From: Phoronis australis
Taxonomy: Eukaryota; Animalia; Phoronida
DNA length: 64,000 bases
Assembly: GCA_002633005.1 (NCBI GenBank)
Contig: NMRA01000468.1
Location: forward strand, 1 to 64,000
Reading direction: 5' to 3'
Part shown: piece by piece, positions 26,095 through 39,213 of the stretch
Layout of the letters: every line of letters begins with the position of its first letter
Numbering within the stretch: position 1 is the first letter of the stretch
Notes under the pieces: model-generated
The model's input: the letters and a program-made list of their open reading frames with translations, nothing else
Told to the model about the DNA's origin: nothing
Databases searched by the model: none
Translations under genes and position numbers: made by a program

Positions 26095-28069
26095 GTATAT
26101 GTTTGCCATGTGTAGCTAGTTGTATGTAACACTTAATAGCAGCACTTTTCAAAAAATCGCAAGATTTCTTTGTGGAATAGTAACGAAATTTTTATTAGAG
26201 CAAAACATTTTCACTTAATTCTTTCCTCAGTCAACTTTATCACCATTTGTGCTCCATTTTTGTGTGTTTTTAATGTGATTCGCATCTGTTCATTGTTGTG
26301 GTTTTTTTTTCTGAAGCCTCTCTTACAATTTCCACTATTTTTGACGTTTCCTTGGTGTTGTGCTTGTTACATAACGCTTAATCGTCGTGAGAGACCGTCC
26401 GGAGTTGGTATATGGTGCAGCTCGGGACGGTCTGGGGTCAACAGAAAACCACAGTTCAACTGTGAGTCTACACCAATGTGATAAACGAGAGTAGTTCTAC
26501 TTGCTGCGTCAGCTGCAGGTATGCTTATCTCTTTTATGACACACAATGTGTGACTGGGCAAAGCGTTTTCAAAATAATGTCAATAAATCAGTGGAGTGTG
26601 AGACCCCTGAGGTCCCTGTCAAGTCCTCACGGCAATTTACGTAATGTGTCTGTCCTTGTCTTTTGAATTCCTAGTGTTTGTATTCTTTTATGTCAATGCT
26701 GTACATATTAAGATTTTTACGCTTAACTTATTAATAGTCTATCTAATGGCAGCAATTCTATCTCGCAGTTGTTGAACCCCAGTTTTACAAGTAAGTTGTC
26801 TAAAATTCAAATTAAAGTGAATTTGTGATCTGTTATTAATTATGTAGCGAAAAGAATTCGATTCCTGATTATCTGGAAACAATAAGTCTCTCAAAGCTCC
26901 ATGCCGTTGCGTTCTCTAAACAATCATTGTAGGTCAGATTCTCCTGTTGACCCTGCCTAATGTTTTGCAATGTTGAAGGAATGCAGAGACGCACAACTTG
27001 GGGATTTCTTGGACGTGGATCAAAGATCATGATTTGTTCAGAAGATTTATTTTAATTTGAATTTTAGCCATCATATTTGCCAAACCTCAGATTTGTCAAG
27101 TTTGAAGCAACTGTAAACTTTCCTTTCATCACAAAATTAACTTTTGATATACACCACTTACTATTATGAAATTGGTCTCAAATTGTTCCTTAGTCAAATT
27201 TCTTAGCGATTTCAGGACTAATGCAGTGACTGTGATACAATGCAAACCTTAGTAAACCAAGAGACCCAATCTAAACTATTTGGTTTTATTAAAAATCAAG
27301 ACCTGAATTTACATGTCTGTTCAGGTTGTAATGCAACAGAAAATTAAGCTGAGTATTTGAACATTTTGCATGTTTGTTGATCTAATCCTTAAAAAAATTC
27401 CAGTTTTACCATACGGTGAGTCTTGTGTTTTACAAAAAGCTTTGAAAGGTATACTTTGACCCATTGGATCACCTATGGTATATGACCTGTGGAAAACAAC
27501 TGTATTTACTGTACCAGGTGGTGGTGCCAGCTGAAGAAATGAGATCAAGTATTATTATCAATTGTTTGCCTCATTGATCAATGTGTCAAAGGTCAGAAAT
27601 TCAAATGATTCATTAGGTCAAATATGCTCACTCTGGTTTGCTAAGGCCAGGGAGGGGGTGTTGTTTTTTGGTTTGTTCAACGGTAGTTTATCATAACCTT
27701 ACAATGTTTGAAATTGAAAACAAATTATCACATTGATGCTCAAATTTGCCACACAACATTGATGTGATGTGAAGGATTGTGGGATTGGTTTTGATAAGCA
27801 CATTTGGTTTACAACTAATTAATTTGGGACAGAAATAGTCGCCGAAAATTTCCTTTTTCTGTTTTTCAACGGCTGATTTCCTTGCTGCAATTAATAGAAA
27901 CTTTTCCAAATGTAGCTTTATGGTTCCCCTCATACAAACAAATACGTAGTACAAAGAATTTTTTAATCTTTACTTTGTTGCTAAGCTTGACAAAATAAGT
28001 TTTCCATTGGCTGCCATGTTGTGTGCTATACAGGCGAAGAATTATTATAATTTTTGCTGATATTTCCAG

Positions 28070-28250
28070 GTTATCAAGCTCCAACTGTCATTGCTCAGCC
28101 AGTTGCCACAACAACGGTGGTCAAGCTGACACTGGGAGCCAACCCACAGTCGATTCAGTGCCAGTTCTGCCAGGCAAACGTGGTGACATCGATACGATAC
28201 GAAAATGGACTGCTTACATGGCTGGCTGTTGGAGGACTGTGCTTGATTGG
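28070..28250 (+). CDS. LITAF: LITAF-like, exon with first CXXC knuckle and hydrophobic segment
   Basis: tttccag|GYQAPTVIAQPVATTTVVKLTLGANPQSIQCQFCQANVVTSIRYENGLLTWLAVGGLCLIG|gtaatt; phase 1/2. Confidence 0.93.
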
Positions 28251-28407
28251 GTAATTACTGCCTGCTTTTGGTTGTTCAATAGGGACGGAAAGTGGCTATT
28301 ACTTCAAATTGGAGACAAAAATACAAAAGTGGTACTTATGTATTTGTTCAAACTGGCACAAATTATCGAAAGTAACTTTAAAATCTGGAGCTCATACCAC
28401 AGTATCT

Positions 28408-28502
28408 GTGGTCTGTTGAACCCTCCGTGGTCTGTTGAAACCTTCGTGGTCTGTTGAACCCTCCGTGGTCTGTTGAACCCTCTGTGGTCTGTTGAACCCT
28501 CT
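28408..28502. repeat. Minisatellite, 5 x 19 bp (gtggtctgttgaaccctcc)
   Basis: Direct tandem copies starting at 28408, 28427, 28446, 28465 and 28484. Confidence 0.9.
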
Positions 28503-29070
28503 CAAACTTATTTTAGCATGGCTTGAAGTTGGCAAATTTCAAAACTGTATACACAGTGTATCTTTAATATGCAATGAGTGCAAAAGAATACAGTAAACTC
28601 TCTCCAATTTAGAGCAAAACACAGCAGACAAGTGAAATTCTATTGTCTACTTTAAACAAACACCATTTACAAGCCAGAACTGATATTTATTGAAAAGAAA
28701 CAAGACTTTGACAAAGTGAATGCACGTACTGCATACTACAGCAAACATATAGAAATAACCTTGAAAAGCTGCAAACTAAACCTAGATTCAGCTTGAGAGA
28801 GTCGTAGATAAACATCTGATTCAGTTAATAACTATGAAACTATAAAATATGAAACTAGCCCATTTGACAAATGCAAAGCCAGAACAGTAATGGACTTTAC
28901 CACGTTCTAAATGTGCACAAAATTTAAGTGTACTATAGCAGTTTGTGGCAGGTAAAATGAATATAAAACCTTAGCTTTTTGTGATTCCCTCTGTATCTAC
29001 AAAGTTCCTTTACGGATTTCCTTGAAATTGGACAAATAGGAATCTAAACTTTTTTCAGGATCTTTTTGAA

Positions 29071-29617
29071 AGAGGCATGGGACACGAAAGCTCGTAAAAA
29101 GTTCTTTTAAACAATTCCTGACAAAAGTACCATCTCGCAATGTCTAGTACAGTGTAATTCGCTTTCCCCTGTGAGAAAATTTCCAGAAAAAATCACAAAT
29201 TCACGATTTTTGAAATATGCACGGAGGAAAAACTCTGTGGTTACCAAAACGTTTATAATGTGCCTCCCACTTATCATAAATGTTCTTATGCTCTAACAGT
29301 CAGTTGCTTGAAGTCGCTTGAAGTCAAAGGTCACATTTTTCATATAAGGGAAAGTGCTACGTCTATGTCTTGCCACACTTAAATAAGGACTGAGACGTGG
29401 TTTGCTTTGTGGTAGAAAAGTCAATGAAGTGGCAAGCAGATGACAGATCGTTTCTTGAAATTTTAAACTAAAATGAAATACCTTGATATCAACAGAAATT
29501 AGAAATCTTTACGCACAAACCTTAAAAATGCCTGGTTAGCGGGGTGAATTCTGGTTTAGTGGCAGAGAACCACTTTCAATATCACAATTTAGTCTGTTTA
29601 CCGAGTTTCAGGCCTCT
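29071..29617. mobile_element. Kolobok-like TTAA MITE, copy 2 (LITAF intron)
   Basis: AGAGGCATGGGACACGAAAGCTC ... GTTTCAGGCCTCT; reverse-complement homolog of 9432-9946. Confidence 0.8.
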
Positions 29618-29652
29618 TTTAAGTTTGTTAAATGTATATCTATGAAATTGAC

Positions 29653-29810
29653 CATGGGTGGATCCAGGATTTTGAGTTGGGGGGGGCAGGGCAGAGTATT
29701 AACTAGAATTTTGCCTGTTAGACATTTGCACACCCGAACTGCCAATCTGGGAGAATTTTAGGGGGGAGGGGGCATGTCCGCCTTGCCCCCCCCCTCTAAA
29801 TCCATTGCTG
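29653..29810. mobile_element. ~155-bp hAT-like MITE (CAGGGGCGGATCCAGGATTTT family), copy A
   Basis: catgggtggatccaggattttgagttgggggg...ccccctctaaatccattgctg; homologous to the copies at 39055, 47479 and 59555. Confidence 0.75.
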
Positions 29811-30346
29811 GTGACAATGGATGATGGCTACTTTCAGACATATTCGACTACTACTACTGTGCCTTCTTGTGGCAATTTTAGTTTTTTACATTTTGTTCTA
29901 CGTCATCAGTCAGTTCCTCAACAGATTTTCATGAAGTTTGGCAAAAAGGTTTATGTAAAGAGGCAATGTGACACTTTCCTATTTATGGCCGGATTTGACA
30001 TACCGTGTGCCACCTAGTGGCCATTTTTATTCTTGAGTGTTTGTGGCCAAATCACTCTAAGGATTATATGAAAATTGACATATGCATTCCTACTGGGAAG
30101 TGCATGGCTGATGATATTTTCGGATTGGTCCGACTGCTGTGGTGCACCCTAGTGGCAATTTTGTTTTTGCTACCTATGGCTCAATATCTTCCATTCAGTT
30201 TCTATGTGTTTCTGTTGAAGAGAGTGCAACTTATTTGAATCAGGACAAAGCCTACTTAAATGTGGAGTCCCCTAGTGGCATTTTTAAAATCAAAATAGAT
30301 GTTGGAATGCCGTGCAGTTACCAACGGATAAAAATATAAAATAGTA

Positions 30347-30485
30347 AAACTAGTAAAATTAAAACGACGAGTGTCGGTACTAAAATATATTAAAATATTC
30401 ACATGTTTCGAGCGATGCGCCCTTTGTCAAGGGTGTGCTACAGACTGCTGAGTACATGTACTCGTCGTTTCAGTTTTACTAGTTT
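30347..30485 (-). mobile_element. Probable Penelope-like terminal-repeat remnant: inverted repeat enclosing a variant hammerhead core
   Basis: 26-bp inverted repeat (30347-30372 vs 30460-30485, 2 mismatches) around the minus-strand motif TTGACAA-A-GGGCG(cat)CGCTC-GAAA-CATGT. Confidence 0.45.
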
Positions 30486-31250
30486 GGCATCTTTGGTTTT
30501 CTTTGCTTTTGCCCAATTGTTATTTACCAGATTCGTTGATGGATGATCATTAAATAACAACACCTGTCCAGTTTCAAATGGATATGACCTACGTTACACT
30601 CCTAGTGCCCTTTCTGTCTACCTGGTATTCTTTTGTCATTCTTTTCCCTATCTTCTAAACTGTTTTGGAAAAATGATGATGAGTTGGCAGGTATGTTCTT
30701 TTTGAGGAGAGCAGTGCTGACTTGCTTTGCAGCCCATAAAAGCTATTCTAAATTTAATTATTGCTCACTTGAGTGAGTCCGAATGTTTTCCACAATGATC
30801 ATCACTGGTATAGGCGCTGCCCGCGATGCACACACTGGGTATATGTCATTGTCTATACCTTGCTCTAGTTATTATAGAAATGAATCAATATTGTGTAGAA
30901 TTAACTTGTCATTCCTAGGTAAAGTACAATGTTTTACTTGCCTTCATAACACCTACATCTCTACTGTGTGGGTCTGCTGGTTCAAGTGTTTGTGAATGCA
31001 AGGAAGACAGTTAACTTGCGTCATTGTAATAGAGAATTCGTGGAAATGTGATCCAAAGATGAGGGAAGTCATTATTATTTTTCTGTCTTGTTGTATGCAC
31101 ATTGCCATTATTGTCTCCGAGGATAAAAAATGAGGGCTTTCAGAGCTCTAACTATCTTGTTGACTGAGAATGTAAAGAGACTTTGGAAAAATCAACTAAT
31201 GAGCGATCATGATTATAGCTCAGTGGTTAATGAAACATTTACTTAATATT

Positions 31251-31370
31251 ATGATGAATTATCTTCATGATAGTATGATGAATCATCGTCATGATAGTAT
31301 GATGAATCATCTTCATGATAGCATGATAAATCATCGTCATGATATTATGATGAATCATCGTCATGACAGT
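31251..31370. repeat. Minisatellite, 5 x 24 bp (atgatgaatcatcgtcatgatagt)
   Basis: Direct tandem copies in the last LITAF intron; they explain the MMNHRHDS-type ORFs in the track. Confidence 0.9.
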
Positions 31371-31504
31371 CAGTGTATAGAAGTGCTGCTTACACATTTG
31401 CACTACTTGGAAAAAACTTCTGTCTTGAAAATCTTGACTGAATTTTGTTGGTGTATTGATTTCACTTGTTTTTGAACTGAACTTATTGTTTTTAACATTT
31501 CCAG

Positions 31505-31616
31505 TTGCTGGCTGGGTTGTCAGTTCATCCCTCTTTGCATTAGTGACTTGAAGGACGTGGAACATGTCTGTCCCAACTGTAACAGAGTGGTCGGACGCTA
31601 CCAACGGATCAACTAA
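31505..31616 (+). CDS. LITAF: LITAF-like, last coding exon (HXCXXC knuckle)
   Basis: tttccag|(G)CWLGCQFIPLCISDLKDVEHVCPNCNRVVGRYQRIN*; the IP.C....KDV.H.CPNC motif is diagnostic. AATAAA follows at ~31665. Confidence 0.95.
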
Positions 31617-34600
31617 AGGGACCCAATTTGCCAATCCTTGGCTGTGTGTGAGATGTCCATTGCAATAAATAAAGTGATCGTTAAATTCAGTTTTGGCATA
31701 GAGGTGTAGTTGTTCCATTTGTTTATCTCAGTAATTGGTATATGATGTTTAAATGTTGTTCAATTGACCATTATGTGATTGAGACTGCATACCAATTCTT
31801 TATTACTGGACTCGGAACTTACTAGTTGTAAGTAGAAAAATGATGTTGTAACAGACATAGTTTTTTTTAGTTTTTCTTCTAAAAGTGGCTGGTACCAAAA
31901 GTAACGGTTCCTTATCAGTCTTTGAGAAATTGGGGAAGTCATGTGATGAATCGTAAAGATGTGTCTGTGGCGGTCAAAATTGGTTTTGTAAGTGAAGTTA
32001 AGCATATTTTACGGACACTCCGTTTCCTTACTGATAATTAACTTCATAGTGAAAACAACACAATTAAGCAGATGACGCCCACTTTCTGGGAATGTCAATG
32101 AAAATATTGTTTAAATGTGTCCAATTGAAAATGAATTGATAATGGATCAAATTGATCATTCCGAACAGTGTGCTTTCCTGAGTGTGGGTTAGATTTGTTA
32201 ATTAAAAGATATTTAAATATTTACATAATATACGTGGCATGTGTAAGGTTGCTTCTGCAAATCATGTAATTATATGTGTGGCATTGCCTGTTGTTGCATT
32301 CAAAAACTGACTTGTACTTATAGTTTCCATTACAGTGCTGAAAGCTTTGTAGGTTCTTTAATGTTTACATTTTGAATTTATTCTGTGTGTAGTAATTTTG
32401 CATGAATTTCGTGGCATTTTGGTGTTTAGAGGCTTATTTCTAGGTATGGATGGTTGTTTCTTAAAATCCCAAGTACTCTGTCAACTATGGACCCATTCCT
32501 AGTTTTCAAATAAAAAGTTGCTATGATTTCAGTTTCACATCTCGCAGAATCTAATGTAGTAGAACTTGTTTAAAATAATTGAACCCAACCAGACCAAACC
32601 AAAGGCAATCAGACAAAATGACCCCGTGAAGGCTTGGCAGAAGCTAAATTCAGTGTCGGAGTAGACTTTTCCCTGATAACGGAGAATGATTAGGAAAATT
32701 AGTAAGGTTGTTAAGCCATTCTGTAATTAGAATTTTGCCACCCTGACAGTTATCTTCTGTAATTTTTGCCGTTAACAGAATTGGCCTTTGTGACAGGGAA
32801 ATGGCATTTTGTCCGATTGCTCAAGGGTGTAAGGGGAAATGTGAATTATCTTTAGGGCCAAGTGCACAAACTGGGGTAATGTTATTGCGGAATTTGGTCG
32901 TAGTTGAGCAAAAATGCGACGTGTGCATGTTCATTATGTGCAAGTTTTACTGTAGTTGTGGATTTTTACACATTTGTGTTTTCAAATCTATAATTAGTTA
33001 CTAATATTTTGGTAGGGCTTTGTTTCAGTCATATCTGGTACTTAATTCATTCAACAGGTAAATTTTACTTACTGTATGTCCATGTAGTTTTGGGGCAGAT
33101 TTATTGATTACAGGTGCTAATTATTGGGCTTTTTGTGTCATATGCTTATTGTGTAACAAGTTTCATGTATACTTGATGAATTAAGTATTAATATTTTTTT
33201 AGGGTTTTAGGTAGATTTATATAAAATCTGCTGCTATATTCTCAGTGTCAAAGCTATGGTGATCTGTGAACTGGCCTATCATTGTGCTACATGCTTTTAT
33301 AATATTCACAATGTTTTTGAGCTTTCCATATTTATGAAACAAGGAGTTGCTTCAATTAATAAAACAATGGTTTTCACTGCTTCTCTTGTTTTCAAGTGAA
33401 TACAATTACTTCATTTTCTGATGCATTCACATGTTTTAATGACTGTCCTTCAGGTTAGGCTAAAAAAACTTAGTTGATTATGGTGTGTACACCATCCCAT
33501 TTTGAGGCCTGCACCTAACCAATTAAAAAATGCCTGAAAAGTTGCACAAAGGCACGCGAACAAGGTTTGAATTGCCATGATTTGCCAAGCAATGAGTAAA
33601 AATAAATCCCACTTCATTTTTGATCATCTTGGGTCAGGTGTATTTTCTTTTTTTGAAAAAATAAGCAACTAAAAATATAAACTTTTCAATATGAGACAGA
33701 AACCCTGAATACTTTTAAAGGCTTGCACATGTAGCGAGCACAAATTGAACTTTCATTTATGTCCACTAGATAAAAACCTGCATGCACACAGTATGTTAAT
33801 GCAAGCTTACTTTAGTGCCATCCACACAAGACTTGCACTAGAACGAGTTACTCCGTCCTGGAACGATTCAACGCTAGGTTCGAGTGCCGTATGGACGCTA
33901 TTTAAACTAGTAGAACCTACCCAACTTGTAATAACTTATCGAGGTGGGTAAATTGTTCTAGGGTAACTTTCACCACTTTCAATTCCTGTGTAGCTACAAA
34001 TACAGGGCAACGCAGAAGTAATTATCAGCTGTGGTTACATACAGGCAGGTTTTCTCTTTGCACGTCGTATTGTGCACACAACAACAGCTTCCATATAACC
34101 CTAGTTATCAGATGTGTGCGTGTGTGTGTATTTTCCACTTAAAAGAGGGCAAGCTGCACTAATGCAAGTTGTTCTAGGGTAGGTTTATGTGGGGACTGGA
34201 TTTAAGTTAAATGGGTGATCTTAATTTTGTTAACAAAACTAAAGAATTAGAAATATTTACTTCGTTTTGACAGCTGTCAAAATTTTGAAAGTTTGAATTT
34301 TATTAATTACGTAGGAGCGTATTCAGCCTTTGAAGAGTTAAAAATTCATTTGGGCAATTAGTTTTGAGCTAAATTGAAAATAGATCTATGTTGTTGGCGA
34401 AAGAGAGTCAAGTTTCATAGGATGCATTAGTTGTCCGTTCATCAGCAAGTACCATGTCTTGTTTAGACGTGGAAAAACTGTAATGACTGTGATAAAGGGG
34501 TATAAATAACATAGTATTTTCTTGGAAAATGAGGCGAGGTAAATGTAGCTCAACACTGGCACCACTGTAATGACCAGACACAATAAGGTTCTGAAAACAT

Positions 34601-35390
34601 AACTCATAGGGAACAGTAGGTAACAGGTGACACTTTTATTCCAACGACATGGGACATAAGGGGTTAAAGGTTACGAAGGGGTCTGTACAAGCCTACTTCA
34701 GCATACCGCATAGTGTCCTATAGTACGGAGCTTTTCTGAAAGTTAAGGCGCACTGTAGCTAAACCATCAAGTTTATGAACCACCTTTCGTCATCTGCTGC
34801 CGATGTCTAAATCTTTCCAACAGGAAGAAATGCTATGATAATAACTTTTTTTTAATGTTCAGAAAAGTTCTCAAGCACATTGATTATGAACGCCTAATTA
34901 CATTCAATACTCTCGCGGTAGTCAAACAGAAACATATACAGAGTTTAGGAAGCCTGTCTGCAAGTAACATTAAGAGAAAGCAGTACAGACGGAAGATCTG
35001 TCTGGAGGGGGCTCAATTTTTTAACCCTAAGCCACATAGGACGCTCAAAACTTCAGATTTCCATGTCATGAATCTTGAGGGGGGAGAGCCCATGGTCTTT
35101 CATACCCTGAATTTGCCTATGTGATATTTTCTTACAAAATGCACCTTGAACAAAGTTCTATGAATGTATTTTGATATTCAGTCATATACAGCAAACCTTG
35201 ACCATGACTGGCACTTAAAAGCTAAGAAATTCCTTTCAACATGTCAATTGAATAAAGGTGTCTTAGAAAAACTTAACGTCATGAACAATATGGACATTGC
35301 ATATAGTCCTATAAATGCACTGCAGAGGCATTCAAGCTTGGCAAGGATTTCAACCCTCCCTTTGGCTTTGATCACTAACATTTTTCATAA

Positions 35391-35828
35391 TCATAGTTCA
35401 TCCTTTCGGTCAATCTTTATCAGTTCCACTTCGAAGTTCAAGGTAGCGCCACCTGGAATTTTTGGTGGCGCACCCTGGTCACCGTATCCCAAATCAGAAG
35501 GAATGATTAATTTCCTCTTTTCCCCTTCACACATTCCCAGCAGTCCTTGGTCCCATCCTTTGATAACTTGTCCAGTTCCCAGGGTGAACACGAACGGGCT
35601 TCCTCTAGGAATACTGCTATCGAATTCTGTACCGTCAGTCAATGTTCCTGTGTAATGCATTTGCAAAGTGTCTCCCTTTTTGGACTTTATCTTGCACTTG
35701 TCTGGATCTACACGCTTCTTCACGCCAATTTGCAGTTTCTGAACTTTCTTTGTGGCCTCCTCTGCTTGTTGGGCACACATGAAAAACGTCGTTAGAAGAA
35801 CGACTTTCAGCATTATTTCCACTCGCAT
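35391..35828 (-). CDS. FKBP2: ER-luminal FK506-binding peptidyl-prolyl isomerase FKBP2 (FKBP13), intronless CDS
   Basis: Signal peptide, [80 protein letters not shown] and a C-terminal KDEL. Confidence 0.97.
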   Translation of the reverse strand: MRVEIMLKVVLLTTFFMCAQQAEEATKKVQKLQIGVKKRVDPDKCKIKSKKGDTLQMHYTGTLTDGTEFDSSIPRGSPFVFTLGTGQVIKGWDQGLLGMCEGEKRKLIIPSDLGYGDQGAPPKIPGGATLNFEVELIKIDRKDEL

Positions 35829-37919
35829 TTTGGTCTTTGATATAAGGCCTTAATACAGAACGGTATGAACTTAAATTATAAACCTTTCACCAGGAGAAAT
35901 CACCAAAACGTTCCTGTGACCGAGTCTTCGCAGCGACCGTAGAATCGTCTTGAACCGGCTCCTGGCCTCGAGTGTGCAAGGTGTTGGAAAACGATTGGCT
36001 CACATTTGAAGCTATTGCCACCTATCGGGCACCAGTCAACACTAGAGCATTATCGAAGCTGGGTCAGATTATCACCACATGTAGATATAACAATGCAGTA
36101 GTTTCAGACGAACAAAGCATAACATGTTCAGTGTCGGGCATTTATAAAAAAAGCAATTTCAAGCGGTTTGTTCTGCTTTTGATAGAATTTCTTGCTTCAC
36201 TTTCTCGTAAGTGGGCTCTTTGTTGAACTATTTTTGAGCGGACTCGTGAAATAATGATACGTTGTTAGGTAGTTCTGCTTTAGCCTTCTTGCTGGTTCCC
36301 TACGTGTCGCTAGGTGTTCAGTAGCCAGCACGCAGGATCACAAAATTTCCTCGGGAAATTTTTAACCTACATCCGCGTTTCTGATTGGCTTGTCGAATTC
36401 TCAACCGGCAGCGCTTTACGCAAACAAACTGGCAAGACTGATGGGCTGAAGTGTAATGTGTGGTCTGTCGCACCCGATAGATATTAGTAAAGTCTATGGT
36501 CGTACAGACAAGCCGATTAAAAGTTATCGTCCAGGAAATGTAAATCAGCCTAGAAATTGTGGTTGTGCTTTTTCCGTCGGAGTGCATCTTTCTACTGTCA
36601 TGACTTGTGTTTACATACTGGCTGTCAGGCCGGGTATATATGCATATACTATAGTATGAATAACGCACCGTGAAATCGGCCAGATAGGGGAGACGGGACT
36701 CACTCAGTGATCAGCTCGCCGGGTCGGTCGGGGGGCTAGTTGGCCCACCGCCCCAAACTCGGCTGCACTTTCAGCCTGCAGTGACTGCACTGGCGTGACT
36801 TGTAGGCCTACAACTACACTAAAACCACACTGGTCGAAGGCGGCCAGTGACGGTTTTTCTTGATCTTGACTGACAGGCAACGATCGATTGGTTAACCCGC
36901 CGGGTGAGTAAATTTTGGAGCTTCACTCGATTCAGTGCTGGTCATAAGCCGTGAGCAGTGATGTAAAAATCAGTGTTTTGTTCGTGGGTTTTCAAACAAC
37001 AGCTTGCTCTTCAAGACAGTACCCCATGTGTGTCTTCAGATTCCCGATAATTGATGAGGTCAGTAATCACGTGTGTTTTCCATGATTTAGAGCTAGTGAG
37101 GCAAGTTGGGCCCTTTGAGATGGGGCTAGTCTGGCCAGGGGCCGAACTTGCATATCATCAATAAAGGTTTGTTTTTTCAGGAAATTTAATGAGTAGTATT
37201 CATCATGAAATTACACAAACTCATCTATGTTTCTTTGGTAGCGCATTGTCTTTTTGTAGGTTTTTTAACAGAAAATATTATTTTTAAACGTAAATACTGT
37301 GGGTACTAAAAATGTGAAAGTGTTTTACTCTATGTCTGATGCGAAGCCAGAATGGGGTTATGTGAAGCAAGCCGTCTGGTTTGTGATCTACATTTACGGG
37401 CCGTATCGTCTGGTCTTGAACAAATAAAATGACAAGTTTTAGTTATCATTTGGTTGTTTTTTTTCAGAATCTTTCCCTAAGCATGGATCGACATTACAAG
37501 GGAAAACACTAAATCAAGAGAATCGGATACTTTAAGGGCAGCGGTCAGACCATTCCATCCTTCTTGGTTTATTCTGTCGAGTGTATTACTTTATAAATAG
37601 AGCACCTGCTGGCTCAAAAGGAACCGCTCATCCATCAGGCTGGATGACAGTTGACAACATCACCATGTTTCGTCTGCATTTCATTGAAAATGTCAATCCA
37701 TCAAAAGATTCTCCTTTACTCATTCTTCTTGATAACCACGATTCACATCTATCCATCAATGCCTTGGACTCAATTTACGAGGTTCCATTACGATGGGGCA
37801 GTTTGTAAGACCCCAGAATCGCCTACACAACCTGAGCAATCCCTGGAATCAGATTCAGCAGTTCGTGATTGTCGATAATCAAGGAAATGATTCGTTTTCG
37901 CCACCCGTGGGTCTGTTCA

Positions 37920-38146
37920 TGAACATTACATTCACTAGAAAACAATATTCTACAAAATCCTCGTTGTACTAAATCATTTGCTGAAGATTCAGTTCGCAAT
38001 GCCCTACCTCATATCATTAATAAAGTTTCTGAAAAAATACCCATTTATTATCCTTTGTTATGAATTATTTTAAAAACATTTGTTTTGAAAGTTATGAACT
38101 TGAGTGCACTATTTCTAACTGCTTTGTCTGTAACTATTTTCGATAA
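37920..38146 (+). mobile_element. 3' fragment of a CR1/L2-group LINE inserted in the pogo relic
   Basis: PRCTKSFAEDSVRNALPHIINKVSEK / NYFKNICFESYELECTISNCFVC*; the C.I.NCY/F.C terminus is typical of invertebrate CR1-group ORF2. Confidence 0.55.
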
Positions 38147-38253
38147 TCTCTCCTAGTCTTTTTACAAGTAGTTTTAAATTACATTATCACTGAATTTTGT
38201 AATTCTGTTTACCTGTAACAATGTATTTTTTATTCTCTGGTGGCTCCGTCGTC

Positions 38254-38349
38254 AGCTACTACTGCTACTGCTACTGCTACTGCTACTGCTACTGCTACTG
38301 CTACTGCTACTGCTACTGCTACTGCTACTGCTACTGTTATTGCTACTAC
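38254..38349. repeat. (GCTACT)n microsatellite
   Basis: Long run of gctact hexamers; source of the poly-AT and poly-S ORFs in the track. Confidence 0.95.
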
Positions 38350-39054
38350 AGACAGTAAGATCACCGCGAAAAAACACAGGTGGAAACAGAAAAAGGCCAT
38401 TCTCGCCTACACACCAGAGAAAGAGGCCCTGAGAGTAAAACAGGCTTAGGGAAAGAAGGAGAAACCTGCGAGAAAGCTTGCTGTTGACACAAAACCAAAA
38501 CAAAAAGGAGAGAAATCGCCATCCCCATCTCCAGACAGCGAATCTGAACAGGAGTGTTTTGTCTCGTTTGCTTAGACTAAGAGCCATCAGCAGGAGTAGA
38601 GAAAAGTGGGTCTCCTGCGTTGAGTGCAAAGGGTGGGCCCATAAGGAATGCGCTGACGATGGGATGCTGTCCTCCTTTGTGTGCCACAGGTGTAACTCGG
38701 ATGAGGACTAAAGCAAATACGTTTAAACTCTCATGTTGTTTACTTTTAATAGCTCATTAAGTAAAAAAAGTAACATTCGATCATCAGTTTAGTAGGTGAA
38801 TGATACTTGCGAAATATTTTAATAGACAGTTGACGTTCAAGCCCTAGTTGGTCCTTTGAGACAGATAAGGCAGGCATACACCAACACAAAATTTTGCAGA
38901 AATGTGTTTTTGTTCATTTTAAGAATACTGCAATGGAGGCCGAACATGCCCCGTCGGTGGGCCCAACTTGCCCCCCCCCCCCGAAGGTGGACATTTTAAA
39001 ACGAAAATTGCTACAAGACAGGTGCACTTATATCGCTTAAATTTGCACCATATA

Positions 39055-39213
39055 CAGGGGCGGATCCAGGATTTTGAGTTGGGGGGGGCACGGCAGAGTA
39101 TTAGCCAGGATTTTGCCCGTCAGACATTCGCAGCCTCCAACTGCCACATGGGATCTGCGTGTATTTTAGGGGGGGGGCATGGCCCCCTTGGCCCCCCTCT
39201 AAATTCGCCACTT
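39055..39213. mobile_element. hAT-like GGATCC MITE, copy B
   Basis: caggggcggatccaggattttgagttgggg...ccccctctaaattcgccact. Confidence 0.75.

Larger units (their letters stand above)
36687..38982 (+). mobile_element. Internally deleted pogo/Tigger-like DNA transposon (DDE_1 plus C-terminal PHD finger relics)
   Basis: Left end TA|GGGGAGACGGG...GGGCTAGTTGGCCCA. DDE_1 fragment APAGSKGTAHPSGWMT...F..HFIENVNPSKDSPLLILLDNHDSH at 37600-37770. PHD-like WVSCVECKGWAHKEC...FVCHRC at 38600-38711. Degenerate right end gcccaacttgccccc. Confidence 0.75.

Noticed and set aside
28408-31370. Short tandem arrays (19-bp and 24-bp units) considered as CRISPR-like
   Set aside because: The units abut with no unique spacers, lie in eukaryotic introns and have no cas genes nearby; ordinary minisatellites.
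35164-35795. Plus-strand ORFs of 163 and 82 aa
   Set aside because: Antisense shadows of the FKBP2 CDS.
36318-36668. 116-aa minus ORF upstream of FKBP2
   Set aside because: No recognisable motif or splice context; the region looks like a non-autonomous repeat or promoter sequence.
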